From positions 15,210 through 79,209 of the forward strand of contig JACQSK010000012.1 of the NCBI GenBank assembly GCA_016205975.1: a stretch of 64,000 bases of DNA, read 5' to 3'. This document shows, in pieces, positions 62,497 through 64,000 of this stretch (within the stretch, counting starts at the first letter, position 1; each line of letters opens with the position of its first letter). The notes below the pieces were generated by a model, which worked only from the letters and a program-made list of their open reading frames with translations, was not told where the DNA came from and searched no databases. The stretch is from Candidatus Uhrbacteria bacterium (GTDB lineage Bacteria > Patescibacteriota > Patescibacteriia > UBA9934 > GWF2-40-263). The translations under genes were made by a program, and so were the position numbers.

Positions 62497-62875
62497 TCCA
62501 CTCCTTCGCGGACTTCGGCCAGCCGCGGGAGAGGAGCAGGGCGAGCGGGGCTCCCCAGTTAGCGGAGCGTTCGACGAAATCCCAGAAAGGTTCTCCGACG
62601 ATCGGACGCACGAGCGCGGTCCATAGGCCCCAGATGGCCGCCCACAGAAGCAAGGCACGCGGGACGCGCTTCCAGAACAAAACGAGAACCGCGATCAAGA
62701 TATCCACGACGCCCACCAACGTGAGGAGCGTGATGGCCGTAGGGGTATCGACACGGAGGATCTGTTCGATCCAGCCGATCCAGGCGGCTTTTCCCTGGAG
62801 GGCAAAGACGCCATGGCCGAGAAATTCGCCGAACACGGCAAGGCGAAGGACCCAGTCGAGAGCAGAAGTGCGCAT
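62489..62875 (-). CDS. DoxX-like membrane protein
   Basis: LRLAVFGEFLGHG; 3-4 TM helices. Confidence 0.65.
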   Translation of the reverse strand: MRTSALDWVLRLAVFGEFLGHGVFALQGKAAWIGWIEQILRVDTPTAITLLTLVGVVDILIAVLVLFWKRVPRALLLWAAIWGLWTALVRPIVGEPFWDFVERSANWGAPLALLLSRGWPKSAKEWIK

Positions 62876-62884
62876 AGGAAGAAA

Positions 62885-63322
62885 TTAGATTTTGAGACTT
62901 CGTTTATTCGAGCCTCTTTTATTTTTGAAGACAAAAAAAGCCAGGGTCGCGCCCAGCCAGTCGTTCAAGAAGTCTTGCATCGTGTCGGCGACCGTGACTT
63001 GGGCGCGAGGGAGTTCAAGCCAGACGTTCACGGTGCGGTCAAAAATAAACTCGTGGAACTCCCAGAGCACGCCGATGAACAGAGCGAAGCTCGCCACGAA
63101 CAGATAGCGGTACCACAGCGGGAACGGTTTTGGGTCCGCGGCGTGAGCGCGCGCGTAGAGCGCCAGGCCAAGCATGGCCACGGCGAAGCCGCCCAAGAAG
63201 TGCATGGGCGCGTCGATTTCGGTGTAGAGACCGTAGCCGTCTATGAACAACAAAAGTCCGTGCACGAGCAGGACAACGAACACAGCGGCAAAGGCGAGTC
63301 GAAACGTCATAGCGGTGAGCAT
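62885..63322 (-). CDS. Membrane protein (DUF2238/VanZ-like)
   Basis: DAPMHFLGG, LWEFHEF, DTMQDFLNDWLG. Confidence 0.7.
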   Translation of the reverse strand: MLTAMTFRLAFAAVFVVLLVHGLLLFIDGYGLYTEIDAPMHFLGGFAVAMLGLALYARAHAADPKPFPLWYRYLFVASFALFIGVLWEFHEFIFDRTVNVWLELPRAQVTVADTMQDFLNDWLGATLAFFVFKNKRGSNKRSLKI

Positions 63323-63336
63323 AGCGTAGCACGCGC

Positions 63337-64000
63337 TCAGGGTTTCGCATATCGGACGTCGTAGGGCCAACCAAAACGTCGAGGAGAGAAAAGCTGGTAT
63401 CCACGCGGAGAGTCCCATGCGCGCGCGGCTCTCGCGGTGAGGAGGGTCACGGTTTTGTCTGGGAGCTGTTCCAGCTGGGAGTTGTGCACCGGCCGTCCGT
63501 CTTGATCGAGCAGCATGATGAGGTGCGGGCAGGTCACAAGGGGTTCGCCGTTTTTCAGCAAGACAAGGTTTTCATTTTGGATCAGGATTGTGTAGGCCGC
63601 GCGTCCCTGCAAAGAGAGCGTGGCGCGGAAGAAATCCGCCTGTGCGCGCGCATCCACTTCCACGACGCGCGCTTCATCGAGTATCTGGAGGCCCAGCGTC
63701 TCCATACGGCCTAGCGCTTTATCCCGCAAGCATGACCCGACCCTGATCGAGCGCGTGAGCGTTCCGCACGACAGGATTCCTGCGTCGCCGCCCCGCATCA
63801 CGTGATCGAAAACCAAGACGAGCCCTTGCGTCTCCGTCGCGATGTCGCGGACGGCCGTCTCCAGCGCGTCCGGCGCGAGATTTTCAAAACAGCGGACGGT
63901 GCCTCGTGCGTTGACGGCAAACGCCGGCGTGGTCTCACGCCCTTGGAGGGCAAACTGATCCTGGACAATTTCAGGCACCGCTCTGCCACCGGCACCGTCT
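63337..64000 (-). CDS. DUF917-like protein, C-terminal part; starts beyond the window
   Basis: Frame open to the edge with DGAGGRAVPE; QNENL, TCPHLI, FSPRRFG motifs. Confidence 0.7.
   Translation of the reverse strand, partial: DGAGGRAVPEIVQDQFALQGRETTPAFAVNARGTVRCFENLAPDALETAVRDIATETQGLVLVFDHVMRGGDAGILSCGTLTRSIRVGSCLRDKALGRMETLGLQILDEARVVEVDARAQADFFRATLSLQGRAAYTILIQNENLVLLKNGEPLVTCPHLIMLLDQDGRPVHNSQLEQLPDKTVTLLTARAARAWDSPRGYQLFSPRRFGWPYDVRYAKP

Overview
A 64-kb stretch of GC-rich bacterial chromosome. The gene repertoire and architecture suggest a Patescibacteria/CPR (Parcubacteria/ABY1-like) organism; this is an inference. It carries mostly housekeeping genes (copA-type ATPase end, uvrB-uvrA, uvrC, mraZ-rsmH-ftsL-like, cysS, dnaX, dusB, metG, metK, lepA, recJ, rnhA, pilM/pilin, two ribH, ligA, gatCA, lgt, dnaG-rpoD, ECF sigma, mutY, greA, a DEAD-box helicase) and three tRNAs (Gln, Met, Ser). 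Single-gene accessory cassettes are scattered between them. No CRISPR array, integrase, transposase or prophage was seen. The most unusual signal is a purine-rich short repeat (units like GGGCGCAAAG / GGGGACAAAG) inserted in-frame, in all three reading frames, into uvrB (x2), uvrA (x2), uvrC (x2) and ligA, with a degenerate copy before the CYTH-mutY operon; each copy sits in C-depleted flanking sequence. A second, REP/REPIN-like family has an exact arm inside mutY. Also found: another REPIN-like inverted repeat, a promoter- and terminator-bounded ~205-nt structured RNA candidate, unlisted small ORFs (a eukaryote-like C2H2 zinc finger and a hyperacidic peptide), and a methionine/thiol gene cluster next to tRNA-Met.
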